Below, piece by piece: positions 11,909 to 23,580 of a stretch of 64,000 nt of DNA. The position numbers and the translations under genes were made by a program. Below the pieces are notes generated by a model. That model was given only the letters and a program-made list of their open reading frames with translations. It was not told the DNA's origin and made no database searches. Within the stretch, counting starts at the first letter, position 1. Every line of letters begins with the position of its first letter. This DNA is from Stegostoma tigrinum (lineage: Eukaryota). The stretch lies in the NCBI RefSeq assembly GCF_030684315.1, contig NC_081361.1:74819614-74883613 (forward strand), in the 5' to 3' direction.

Positions 11909-14081
11909 CCAGACGCCAACTCTCCGACACCACCACCTACCACCCCCTCGATCATGACCCCACCCCCGAGCACCAAACCATCATCTCCAACACCATTCAT
12001 GACCTCATCACCTCAGGGGACCTCCCACCCACAGCCTCCAACCTCATTGTTCCCCAACCCCCGCACGGCCCGTTTCTATCTCCTTCCCAAAATCCACAAA
12101 CCTGCCTGCCCTGGTCGACCAATCGTCTCAGCCTGCTCCTGCCCCACCGAACTCATCTCCACCTATCTGGGCTCCATTTTCTCCCCTTTGGTCCAGGAAC
12201 TCCCCACCTACATCCGTGACACCACCCACGCCCTCCACCTCCTCCAGGACTTCCAATTCCCTGGCCCCCTACACCTCATCTTCACCATGGACGTCCAGTC
12301 CCTATACACCTGCATTCCGCATGCAGATGGCCTCAAGGCCCTCTGCTTCTTCCTGTCCCGCAGGCCCGACCAGTTCCCCTCCACCGACACCCTCATCCGC
12401 CTAGCCGAACTCGTCCTCACCCTCAACAACTTCTCTTTTGACTCCTCCCACTTCCTACAGACTAAGCGGGTGGCCATGGGCACCCGCATGGGCCCCAGCT
12501 ATGCCTGCCTCTTTGTAGGTTACGTAGAACAGTCCCTCTTCCGCACCTACACAGGCCCCAAACCCCACCTCTTCCTCTGGTACATTGATGACTGTATCGG
12601 CGCCGCCTCTTGCTCCCCAGAGGAGCTCGAACAGTTCATCCACTTCACCAACACCTTCCACCCCAACCTTCAGTTCACCTGGGCCATCTCCAGCACATCC
12701 CTCACCTTCATGGACCTCTCAGTCTCCATCTCAGGCAACTAGCTTGTAACTGATGTCCATTTCAAGCTCACCGAATCCCACAGCTACCTAGAATACACCT
12801 CCTCCCACCTGCCCTCCTGCAAAAATTCCATCCCCATTCCCAATTCCTCCGCCTCCACCGCATCTGCTCCCACGATGAGGCATTCCACTCCCGCACATCC
12901 CAGATGTCCAAGTTCTTCAAGGACTGCAACTTTCCCCCCACAGTGGTCGAGAACGCCCTTGACTGCATCTCCCGCAACACGTCCCTCACAGCCCGCCCCC
13001 GCCTCAACCGCCCAAAGAGGATCCCCCTCGTTCTCACACACCACCCCACCAACCTCCGGATACAACGCATCATCCGCCGACACTTCCGCCATCTACAATC
13101 CGACCCCACCACCCAAGACATTTTTCCATCCCCACCCCTGTCTGCTTTCCGGAGAGACCACTCTCTCCGTGACTCCCTTGTTCGCTCCACACTGCCCTCC
13201 AACCCCACCACACCCGGCACCTTCCCCTGCAACTGCAGGAAATGCTACACTTGCCCCCACACCTCCCCCCTCACCCTTATCCCAGGCCCCAAGATGACAT
13301 TCCACATTAAGCAGAGGTTCACCTGCACATATGCCAATGTGGTATATTGCATCCACTGTACCCGGTGTGGCTTCCTCTACATTGGGGAAACCAAGCAGAG
13401 GCTTGGAGACCGCTTTGCAGAACACCTCCGCTCAGTTCGCAACAAACTACTGCACCTCCCAGTCGCAAACCATTTCCACTCCCCCTCCCATTCTTTAGAC
13501 GACATGTCCATCATGGGCCTCCTGCAGTGCCACAATGATGCCACCCGAAGGTTGCAGGAACAGCAACTCATATTCCGCCTGGGAACCCTGCAGCCTAATG
13601 GTATCAATGTGGACTTCACCAGTTTCAAAATCTCCCCTTCCCCAACTGCATCCCTAAACCAGCCCAGTACGTCCCCTCCCCCCACTGCACCACACAACCA
13701 GCCCAGCCCTTCCCCTCCACCCACTGCATCCCAAAACCAGTCCAACCTGTCTCCGCCTCCCTAATCTGTTCTTCCTCTCACCCATCCCTTCCTTCCACCC
13801 CAAGCCGCACCCCCATCTACCTACTAACCTCATCCCACCTCCTTGACCTGTCCGTCTTTCCTGGACTGACCTATCCCCTCCCTACCTCCCCACCTATACT
13901 CTCCTCTCCACCTATCTTCTTTTCTCCCCATCTTCGGTCCGCCTCCCCCTCTCTCCCTATTTATTCCAGAATCCTCTCCCCATCCCCCTCTCTGATGAAG
14001 GGTCTAGGCCCGAAACGTCAGCTTTTGTGCTCCTGAGATGCTGCTTGGCCTGCTGTGTTCATTCAGCCTCACATTTTGTTG
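11909..14081 (+). mobile_element. 5'-truncated Penelope-like retroelement, Neptune type (RT + GIY-YIG), disrupted ORF
   Basis: FYLLPKIHK..PGRPIVS, MDVQSLYTCIPH, AMGTRMGPSYA, YIDD, Cys-rich linker CNCRKCYTC, NVVYCIHC..CGFLYIGETKQRLGDRFAEH; frameshifts and a stop at 12740; 8-bp TSD tccatgtg (11901-11908, 14082-14089). Confidence 0.95.
13990..14021 (+). ncRNA. Minimal type I hammerhead ribozyme motif (family A) in PLE terminus
   Basis: CU-CUGAUGA-A-GGGU(CUAG)GCCC-GAAAC-GUC-AG: intact core, stem II, palindromic ACGU stem III; activity untested. Confidence 0.8.
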
Positions 14082-14180
14082 TCCATGTGTACTGTTGTCT
14101 TTTAAAAGTAAATGCGAATTTGTACTGGTCCTGCTGAACCGGGATAGACCAGAAACCATTCGAGATATCCAGCACCGTGA
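14082..14180 (-). pseudogene. pol: Retroviral reverse transcriptase fragment, upstream part (motif A)
   Basis: Manual minus-strand translation FTVLDISNGFWSIPVQQDQYKFAFTFKRQQYTW; joins in frame to 11908 once the PLE and one TSD copy are removed. Confidence 0.9.
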
Positions 14181-14575
14181 AATTCCCACCCTCCCTGCTT
14201 TAAGGCAGGAGAGCGCCTTTCCATCAATGGCACGTGCCATTGTTTTGAAATTCACAACCACTTATCCAAGTAATTGATATCTCTTGAAACTGCTGGCTGA
14301 GGTTTCTCCCACAGCTGTGGCTCCGCTGGGTCCTAGGGCCCATCATCCATTCATTCATTCCCGTTTTGAGGAAGGGTTGCTGGACCTGAAACATTAACTC
14401 TTTTGTTTTAAGAATTTCTGATTTTTGTGTGTGGTAAATTTGGTTAATTTTTTAGCATGTATGATTTGGTCAATTTACACTATAATTCTTGACTGGTAGT
14501 TGACTGGTGGTGATGTACACACACATGGTAATTTTTTAAACCAGCTAGAGTTTTCTTCCCCCTCCTCCCCTCCTG

Positions 14576-14606
<31 letters not shown>
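14576..14606. repeat. (CT)n microsatellite
   Basis: Direct observation. Confidence 0.95.
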
Positions 14607-14607
<1 letters not shown>

Positions 14608-15450
14608 AGTTCAGGACACCATGGCAACGTTAGTGCCCATACTGCCTCCCTGCTTCAGTTTGGCAAATGGGATATTATGATACTGTGCAAATGAGACATG
14701 ACACAGAGCAGAGATTCCTCCTGTGTACTAACCCTGTTTCCCTTCCTCCTAACTGATAGCAATCATCATGTGGAGTGGGTATTGAAGCTGTCCTACCCCG
14801 TGTGTGGATCTGCCTCACTACCACTAGCATCATAGCTGCCATGGGTCAGTCTACGCTCCTTGGTGCTCCCCTCAAGTCCACAAGGTGAGGGAGAGAATGC
14901 TCCTATTCTGAACCCAATCCCCTGCCCCATCCCAGTGTTCACTGTTTACTACTTGTAAATGGACAGTCATCCTACTCTTGTCTGCTGCTTCTGCATACAC
15001 CAGGGCTACAATGAAGCCACGTGATTAAAGCCAGCCAATCCTGAACCCCCAATATGTGCTGTAGCATTTCTACTGTGTTTGTCTGATTTGTCAGCTGTTA
15101 ATTTGATTGCTTTCCTTTGTACTTTACAGCTCTGTTACGGCAGTAATTGTGTTGCAGGCCTTCACTGACAACACCGCCCCGTCCCCGCCCTGCTATTCCT
15201 CAATAGTGAACATAGGACTTAGAGCAGGAGTAGGCTGTTCAGTCTTGCAAATGTGCTCTGCCATTCACTAAGATCATGGCTGATCTCATTGTGGTTTCAA
15301 CCCCACATTCCTGTTTCTTCCTCTTGTGTATGTGCTGCTATTCTTCAGATATCAAGGACATAACTGTCGCAGTCTACTACATCACTTACACACACACAAT
15401 GTCATACTGAAATGACAGGTTTATAGTAGGCCCTTTAAACTTGAATTAAA

Positions 15451-17315
15451 ATGACTGGTTGCCTACTGCTCCACTCGCCTGGACACTGTAGCTCAGGGAT
15501 TACCCCCTTGTTCCCAGATTCTCCCCGCGATTTATTCCTTATCTCTTCCTGCTCCACTATTAACCCAGCCACATTTCTGAGCAAACCCCCAGACGAGCTC
15601 TTAGAACCCCCACATGACTGCCTGCTAAGGAACCAATTTCTAACCTCTAGCCCAGACCTTACTGATGCCCCACTCCCTTCTCCGGACCTTATCCTGTTTG
15701 TTGATGACAGTTCCTCCATATCCCCCTCTCTGGATATGCGATTGTTGATGCCGTCTCTACATTAGAATCGACGGCATCTGAGCCCCCGGTATCTGCTCAG
15801 AAGGCAGAACTTGTTGCCCTGACCCGGGCCTGCATTCTAGCCACAGGGAGGTCAGCAAATATTTATACCGACTCTCGGCATGCCTTTGGAGTCTCCCACG
15901 ACTTCTGGTCTCAGCGGGAATTTTTAACGTCCTCAGGTACACCCATCCAGAATTCCCTGTCTGTTAAAAACCTTCTCCAGGCAATCCTCCTCCCTAAACA
16001 ATTGGCTATCATCAAATGCGCTGCCCATGCCTCCGATGATTCTATCATTACTCGGGGCAATGCTCGGGCTGATCTGGCTGCTAAACTGGCTGCTGCAGAC
16101 CAAATTTTTATTATACCCTCTATGAACAAGCAGGCGGTAAATCGCATGCCTTCAGACAAGACGGGCATGCCAGATATGGTCACTGTTCGGCACTTACAGG
16201 GGGATGCCCCTGCTTCTGAAAAGGATATTTGGAAGGCGCATGGATGTTTGCATTCTGCGTCCTCAGGCCTTTGGGTTACCCCAGTCGGCCAAGTGTATAT
16301 ACCTGATGCTTTGTTACCTCTGCTTGTTGACTGTCTGCATTCTGACACCTACCTTGGCAAGGAGGGAATGAGTGGTATTATGCTCCATACCTGGTGGCAC
16401 CCCAGACTGACTGAGGCAGCCCAGTCTTGTATAGCATCTTGTCTCACATGCCAGCAAAACAATGTGTGTCAGGGGGTGAGATGCTCACCAGGAAAAACCC
16501 CCTTGCCAGGTGGACTGTTTGAATGCATTCAGCTAGATTTTATTGAATTACTGCATGTAAACTGTTATAAATATTGTCTTGTCATTGTAGACATATTCAG
16601 TAGGTGGATAGAGGCTTTCCCAACAACAAAGCCTCAACAGTAGTAAAACTATCATTAACTGAAATAATACCGAGGTTTGGAGTGCCGCGACAAATTAGTT
16701 CGGACAACTGCCCTCACTTTGTAGGGAAGATTACGTTACACATCCAACAGCAATTCCACTGAGCCTACCACCCCCAGCTGGCAGGGATAGTGGAAAGAGC
16801 TAATGGAACACTTAAAACTAAACTAACCAAGTTGACATTAGAGAGCGGCATTAATTGGCTAAAGGTTTTGCCACTAGCCTTGTATCGCATGTGAATAACA
16901 CCCCATTTTACTACTGGGCTCTCAGCAGTAGAAATAGTCTATGGCTGACCCAGCAGAACAACATGGGATGCCAATACCAGCCCGCCCACCCACGCAAATT
17001 GACCTAAATGTGATGGGAGAAGAAATGCAAAGGTACTTCCGACAACTAACATCATCTCTAAAGTTTCTCCATTCGCAGGTGAAGCGCGCCTTTGGACCAC
17101 CTCCGCTGACACCGGACCAAGACCTCAAGATTCAGGATTGGTCTTCGTGGCCGCAGATTGGAGATTTTGTACATGCCCGGGACTGGGATTGTCCCAAGCT
17201 TGGACCAAGGTGGAAAGGACCGTATCAAGTGCTTCTTCAGACTCCAACAGCTCTTAAAGCTAAAGGACAGAATCGCTGGATCCATCTAAGTGACTGCAAA
17301 CGATTTCCTCATTAG
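15451..17315 (+). pseudogene. pol: ERV pol remnant: tether, RNase H and integrase
   Basis: [106 protein letters not shown]. Confidence 0.93.
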
Positions 17316-18780
17316 CTTGCAATTAACCATTGCACTGAGTATTATTCTGCCCATGCATGGCCAGCAGGACAATCTGTTTTATAAAATACACATCCAGCTG
17401 CACAGGAATCAGACAGCATGTTACCCACTAGCACGGTCTGGAGAAGCGTTATTTGTGGCAACACCTGCCTGGAACCCTAGTCAGCTTTATGAAGTAGAGT
17501 ATTCCGGTAAACCTTGCCGAGGGGAGAGGGGAACTTGGACGGGGGGTGTGCAGGGTAGGTGTGTGGTTAATGGCCCCTCTGATTGTGGGGACACTAGACT
17601 TCAGGCATGCCATAAATGTACAGCAGACAGCTATGATAACTACTAGAACAACTAACCCATGACGCAAGTATGAGCCTCAAGAACTGCCCATAAGCCATCC
17701 TAACAAGTCCTTGCCAGTTCAGGGTCCCTCTCTGTACAAATCCCAACAGCTAGTTTTGCTTTAATCGAACTGGGACTTGTTGTGTGCATGCTTTAGTCAC
17801 TAATCACCCCCATAACGTTTCCTGGCCCCATCGGTGTGTAACGAGAAATTGCACCACTAGAGGAGGAATGTTGAACTGCTCCTGGTTAGAATCCAAGCCA
17901 TAATTGTGACCCTGGGCATACAGTGGACTTGTGAGGATGGCAATAGCACCCATGTAAAAACGGACTATGGGTCATTTCCATTTAACTCCGCAAACTTCCA
18001 TCCATATAAGGGTCAGTCCTCCTGGCATAGCTATCAAGAAATATGTGAGTCTGTTACCTGCTACCGGGCTAAAAAGGGATTCGTTTTCCTCCTTAACGGG
18101 ACCTTCACAACTGCCTCTCCAACTCTGATGGTGCTGTTTGCTGTTGGGACCATTGGGCCTCTCACAGTCCCTTGTCCCCAACAAGCACAAACTCAATGGC
18201 GAATTGTCACATGCTTCCTGAGCCGTGAGTTTTGCGCTGCATGGCAGAACCCAATTGCCTTGGGCTCTTCCTTGGGATACGACTTCCTGGGAACTGTTAG
18301 CTTGGGAGGCTCCCCAGGGGTGGTGGCCGCAAAAAAAATCCAAGTTACCTTATATGTGGACTCACCACCCTAGGAAACAGCACAATGATGGCATTGGAGG
18401 CAGTCAACCAAGAATTAACTGAACTTCGGCTCTATGCTCAGCAAAGCCGGTAGGCAGTAGACTATCAACTGGCTCAGCATTGAGGATTATGCACTATTAT
18501 AGGGGACAACCAAGTCACCAACGAGTCCTATAACATTACCCAGGCTATTCAAGCCATACAGGGACAGTTGGAGCGATACAGAATGGGACCCTGAACTGGG
18601 GAGGGCTTGTTAGGATGGCTTATGGGTGGTTCTTGGGGCTCATACTTGCTTCATGGGTTAGTTGTTCTAGTAGTTATCATAGCTGTCTGCTGTACATTTA
18701 TGGCATGCCTGAACCCTTGCTGCAGATTTGTGTTTGACAGGCTAGCAGCTCCCTTCTCGGCCCGATATAGGTTATCATGA
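17290..18780 (+). pseudogene. env: ERV env remnant (SU and TM)
   Basis: Hydrophobic signal-like start, Cys-rich SU, Gly-rich fusion peptide, heptad ALEAVNQELTELRLYA, ISD-like QQSR*AVDYQLAQH*GLCTIIG, TM helix GLVVLVVIIAVCCTFMACL. Confidence 0.85.
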
Positions 18781-18798
18781 AATGATAAAATGAGGGAA

Positions 18799-19529
18799 TG
18801 AGATGTTGTTGGGATAACATCCTACTGATTTCTATACTTCTATAAATTAATGTCCTTTATCTGCCTACACATAGGTATGCAGGCACTGCCTTAAAGCTTC
18901 CTGCCCAGCTAGAAATTAGGTGTAAGACTGTGTAACTCATTACCTTCCTACACATCGGTATGCAGACACTGCCTTATGCTTCCTGTCCGAATAGAATTAG
19001 AGTTATACTGTCTCAAATAAGGTTAAGTGAGGAACATTTGTAAAGGTGTGAGACTTCTGAAGGATGTAACTTCTGTCTCTGACAAAGGGGCCAGGGCACT
19101 GACTTTGTTCAAGCCAGACACATCGGCAACTTGAAATTACATTCTGTCACGTTAACAACTTGAAATCGCCTCCTGCCATTAGCAGTCGCTTCACGAACGA
19201 TCGATACTATATCCTGGTCTTTTATGTTCTTGATGAAATAATTGTTTTGTCTCCTGTCTTTGTCTGTTGTAGTAATTGTTTCATGTATCATGTCATTGTG
19301 AGATGTAAAATTGTTTTATGTATTATGCACTTAGTAAAGTATAAAAAGCACGGACTGTCCGCTGCTCAGGGAGAATTACTTACGAGACTCTGCACTCCGT
19401 GCCAGGTTGAGTACAGTGATTATCCACAGCTTGTACGTGCTCTGTAATAAAGCATTTGTGTTTTTCTAAACAGGTCAGTGTCTTGTTATTGCATCAAGTC
19501 CATGAGGGTCTCCGAAAACGAACCTGACA
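18799..19529 (+). repeat. ERV 3' LTR
   Basis: Purine tract aaaatgagggaa then TG; two imperfect direct repeats 83 bp apart (18864, 18947); TATAAAA 19340; AATAAA 19446; ends ctgaCA; no second LTR to confirm the boundaries. Confidence 0.7.
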
Positions 19530-21000
19530 GGTAGAAGGCCAGCTCTGCAAAAGACCAGCTTCTGTTGGAGCAAATGAATAGGACTGCATCTATTTTGGGC
19601 TTAAAAAATAAATGTTTTTTTCTGTTGACATGAAAGCAGCACAAAATCGCTAACTGAAAATTCTGCTCATTCCTGTCAGCGCCATCTAACCCTTTATTTT
19701 GAATAATGAACTTCAGTCAGAATCTCCTCTGTCCTATAGGGAGAGCCCAATTTTTCAAGATTCCTTTGAATTTATTTCCTAATAGACTGGCCCTAAACAG
19801 CCTTGCCAAAATGCACGCAGCACATGTAACTGCATTTTAACAGAACAACAATTATGTTTTCAGCTTTGTATTCCATACTTCTTCCCACTGATACCAGTAT
19901 CCTATTAACAAAGCATTGGGCAATTTTGTGAGGCATGATAAAGGTTTCAAAAGATGTTATCTTCCTCTAATAAACACTATACTTACTGCCTTCCTTTTAA
20001 ATTTTATTCACAATCAATATTTCACATTCACCAACATGTTGTTCTTAATATCCGTTCAAATATACACCCAAACTGCTTAAGAAAAACATCAAATCTATTT
20101 GGAATCTGCCTAAAGCTCATCAAAAGCCATTCGAACAATAACTATTAAAATGGAAAGGTTTAGGTTTCTGAGACTGAAAGCTTGAATATTATTTCCTGTC
20201 TTGTGTTCAGGAAAATGAGACATGCTAAATAACCAAGCCACTAACATAATCCATAAAGAAACTGACGTGAAAACAATCTGGATAGATGATATTTATCACT
20301 CTGAGTAAACTTAAGGAGCAGAGGGGGTTAGAGTTTGGATTTAGAAAATAACAACAAGGTGGATGCAGGTGAACAGAGAGCCAGGGAATCTTTAAACTAA
20401 ATGCATGAACGCTGTTTGAACTGTATGTATTTAAGATATGCAAATAATTTAGAAACTTGTAAGATGGACAGTAGGTTTGGAAGGTAAATCTAAATGATTA
20501 ATTATCAAGCTGATCGCTTGATGGTTTGTGTGGGCAATTCTGATTATTCTAGTGGCTTTAGTATTCTATCCACAGTGTTTAACCAAGCAAAAGGGAAACA
20601 TGCTTATAGTTTAGAAATGGTTAGGATTGCCAAAATTTATGTATGAGAGGTCGATAAGGATTTTTTTCTAAGGTGGGAAGCCATTCAAGAAATTGGTGCA
20701 TAACCTTTACAAAACCTTAAGAAACTTATTGAATATTGTTAGGAATAGCTCTATTTCGCTCTTGTGACGAAAGCTTCCTGGGTTGACAATCACAGAATAT
20801 TGTATGCTGTTATCTTTGCAAACAACCTGTCTCTAACACAAGCTGTGAAACAAGATTTTCCCAAACACAGTAAGGGGAAAGGGACAGTTAGGTTTTATGA
20901 TCTGTATGTAAACCAACTGACTGAGTAGAAGTTAACCAGGATGCCCTCAGAAGCAGTAAGCCATGTGATGACTTTATGGTCTTCCAACAAAATTAGGCAT

Positions 21001-21190
21001 GATGTGGAGGTGCCAGTGTTGGACTAGGGTGGACAAGGTCAGAAGTCACACGACACCAGGTGATTGTCACATAACACCACGTTATAGTCCAACAGGTTTA
21101 TTTGAAATGACAAGCTTTTGAAGCGTAGCCCCTTTGTCAGGTGATTTCAATTAAATCTGTTGGACTATAACGTGGTGTTATGTGACTTCT
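21001..21190. mobile_element. PLE-derived inverted-repeat mini-element (family D) with decayed hammerhead motif
   Basis: Arms gtcacataacaccacgttatagtccaacag / ctgttggactataacgtggtgttatgtgac; minus-strand ctgacaaaggggctacgcttcaaaagctt at 21111-21144. Confidence 0.65.
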
Positions 21191-22659
21191 AGCAAAAATA
21201 GGAGGGAGTTCCTTGGGTATCCGTCCCTCGTTAATGGACAATTGAATAAGTAATTGGCATAAAATGCTAGAAATAGGGTAAATAAATAGATTCTTGAGAG
21301 GGAAAAATGACTTCAGATAGTAAAGGGTTTCTTCAGGTGGCTCAATGCTAGCTCATGTCAAACACCTTGGTGAACTCCTGAGGAGAACTTTTCAAAGTCA
21401 TCCATGCTGACTTTGGTCTAGCATATGGGGTAGCTCAAAAACTCTGAAGGAAACAGAAGGGACTGCTGTATCCAACTAGGGAAATTGGCCTAACTGTCCA
21501 TTTCTGTGGGCTTGGTAGACTGTTCTGGGAATGATTATCCCCATCGCTCATTGAAATCAACATACTGTTACTTTTGTCGTCAGTTTACTTGATCTGGAGT
21601 TAGTAAACCTGTCATGTTGTTAGTATGTTAGCATGTTAATTATTGTGCTAAGTAAACCTGTTATGGATGGTACACCAATACTGCCTATTTAGTTTATCAT
21701 TTCTAAAGAGTTCCTTCTCAATAAATTGCTTTACAATTGTCCATGAGTGACTCCTATCCCAAATCTTACATTGTCATTTGCCAATGACATGTTTATAAAG
21801 TAAGATCTGTCTTCTGCTAATTCTGGAACCCTACCTCAATTTTGGTAATGATAACTTCGACCTGTTCTTCCTTCTCTAAAGCTCACCTTCTTATGTGCAA
21901 GAACTGCTCCAACCTGAAAGAGTCAGATTCTGGTGAATCTTTCTTGCCCATGCCATGACCCTATTAATTAATAATCCTTCCTTTGACAGAATGGGCGTGT
22001 CATTCTGCACACGCTCCCTAACTGGTCAGGAAGTTGGATACAGAATGATAAAGAGTTACGTGGCACCATTCAGATAAATGGGCTTTAGATCTGAACATGG
22101 TCTTGTTGTTAAGACAGGGTTGAAGCAGGCAGATTTTAATGTTTCAGCTTGATTATTTTCATCAGACCTAAAATCAGTTAGAAACTTTTTCAGTAAGTGC
22201 AGATGCAAGGAAAAATAATCTGTTTGGTCAGCTTTGCCAAGAACATTTTCCAGTGTCAAGTCATTGACCTGAAATGAGTTGAATTTCCTGGTGGATTTTT
22301 CTATTTGGTCCTCTTGCGCTTACGTTTCACCAAATTCCCCTTCCTTAAGCTGACTATCTGAAAGGGTATTATCTGCTGGGCCAACTGGACTACTTTTGGC
22401 CAACATACTGTCGTTCTTAAGACCGTGACGTCGGTTAAACAGAAGAAAAGGTATATGTTTAGCAATATACTCCCTCCTCAGACAAATTGGCTTCCAAGAC
22501 AACAAAGATCATCGCTGTGCATCATTCAGCAAATTACCAACTGAAGCTCTCACTGCAGAGAGAGAGAAAGATACTTGGGGAAAAGCAAAATAGCTGTTTT
22601 GATATGAATGATTCATCCCAGGACCTCTTTTGGGATGGAAGGTAATGCAATTCCAGTAA

Positions 22660-22851
22660 AATCGTCGGAACTTCCCTTTAGAAGCAAAGCGCGGTAAATG
22701 GTAAAAGTTGACAAACTTTGGAAGCACGGCGAAGCCTTGGAGCTGGTGCCGAGATTCGCGATTTGGGCCGTTCTGGACTGAGTCCCGATCCGTAACAGTA
22801 ACCGACACATGCGCATTAGGGAGAATGCGTGTCAGGTGAACGGAGTGACGA
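22660..22851 (+). promoter_or_regulatory. Probable PARS2 promoter / non-coding first exon
   Basis: Local CpG enrichment ~2.2 kb upstream of the PARS2 acceptor; cggaa and atgcgca motifs; candidate donors cag|gtgaac and (after the insertion) aa|gtgagt. Confidence 0.55.
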
Positions 22852-23272
22852 GAGATAATGGGAACTGCAGATGCTGGAGATTCCAAGATAATAAAATGTG
22901 AGGCTGGATGAACACAGCAGGCCAAGCAGCATCTCAGGAGCACAAAAGCTGATGTTTCGGGCCTAGACCCTTCATCAGAGAGGGGGATGGGGAGAGGGAA
23001 CTGGAATAAATAGGGAGAGACGGACCGAAGATGGAGAGTAAAGAAGATAGGTGGAGAGAGTATAGGTGGGGAGGTAGGGAGGGGATAGGTCAGTCCAGGG
23101 AAGACGGACAGGTCAAGGAGGTGGGATGAGGTTAGTAGGTAGCTGGGGGTGCGGCTTGGGGTGGGAGGAAGGGATGGGTGAGAGGAAGAACCGGTTAGGG
23201 AGGCAGAGACAGGTTGGACTGGTTTTGGGATGCAGTGGGTGGGGGGGAAGAGCTGGGCTGGTTGTGTGGTGC
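22852..23272 (-). mobile_element. Neptune PLE 3' fragment
   Basis: Reverse complement of the 3' region at ~13690-14078 plus full terminus; 12-bp TSD acggagtgacga (22840-22851, 23273-23284). Confidence 0.92.
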
Positions 23273-23284
23273 ACGGAGTGACGA

Positions 23285-23580
23285 AGTGAGTGAGAAGGAA
23301 AGGAAGAGCGGGGAAGGGGGGAAATGGGTGAATGTGGGAGAGGGAAGGAGAGTGAGCGAGACAGACTAGTGAGTGAGTGAGAAGGGGAGGGAGTGAAGGA
23401 CGGATGGGGTTGTGGGAGTGAGTGACTGACAGTGAGAGGAGAACACTGCGAGACGGGATGAGAGAGGGATTGGGAGGGGAGTGAATGGATGAATGAGAAG
23501 GCGTGATTGAATTGATGAGTAGTGATGAGAGAGAGAGAGAGGTGTGTGAGTGATGGATGGGGGAGTGAATGAGTTGAGCG
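23285..23580. repeat. GA/GAGT-rich low-complexity tract
   Basis: Direct observation. Confidence 0.8.

Larger units (their letters stand above)
9790..19529 (+). mobile_element. Decayed, rearranged endogenous retrovirus (class I, gamma/epsilon-like); 5' LTR and PBS not found
   Basis: Collinear gag, RNaseH-IN, env, polypurine tract and 3' LTR on + strand; many stops and frameshifts; left boundary approximate. Confidence 0.9.

Noticed and set aside
11720-12742. 340-aa ORF as a novel RT gene
   Set aside because: Chimeric frame: antisense retroviral DNA running into an out-of-frame and then in-frame PLE RT; not a gene
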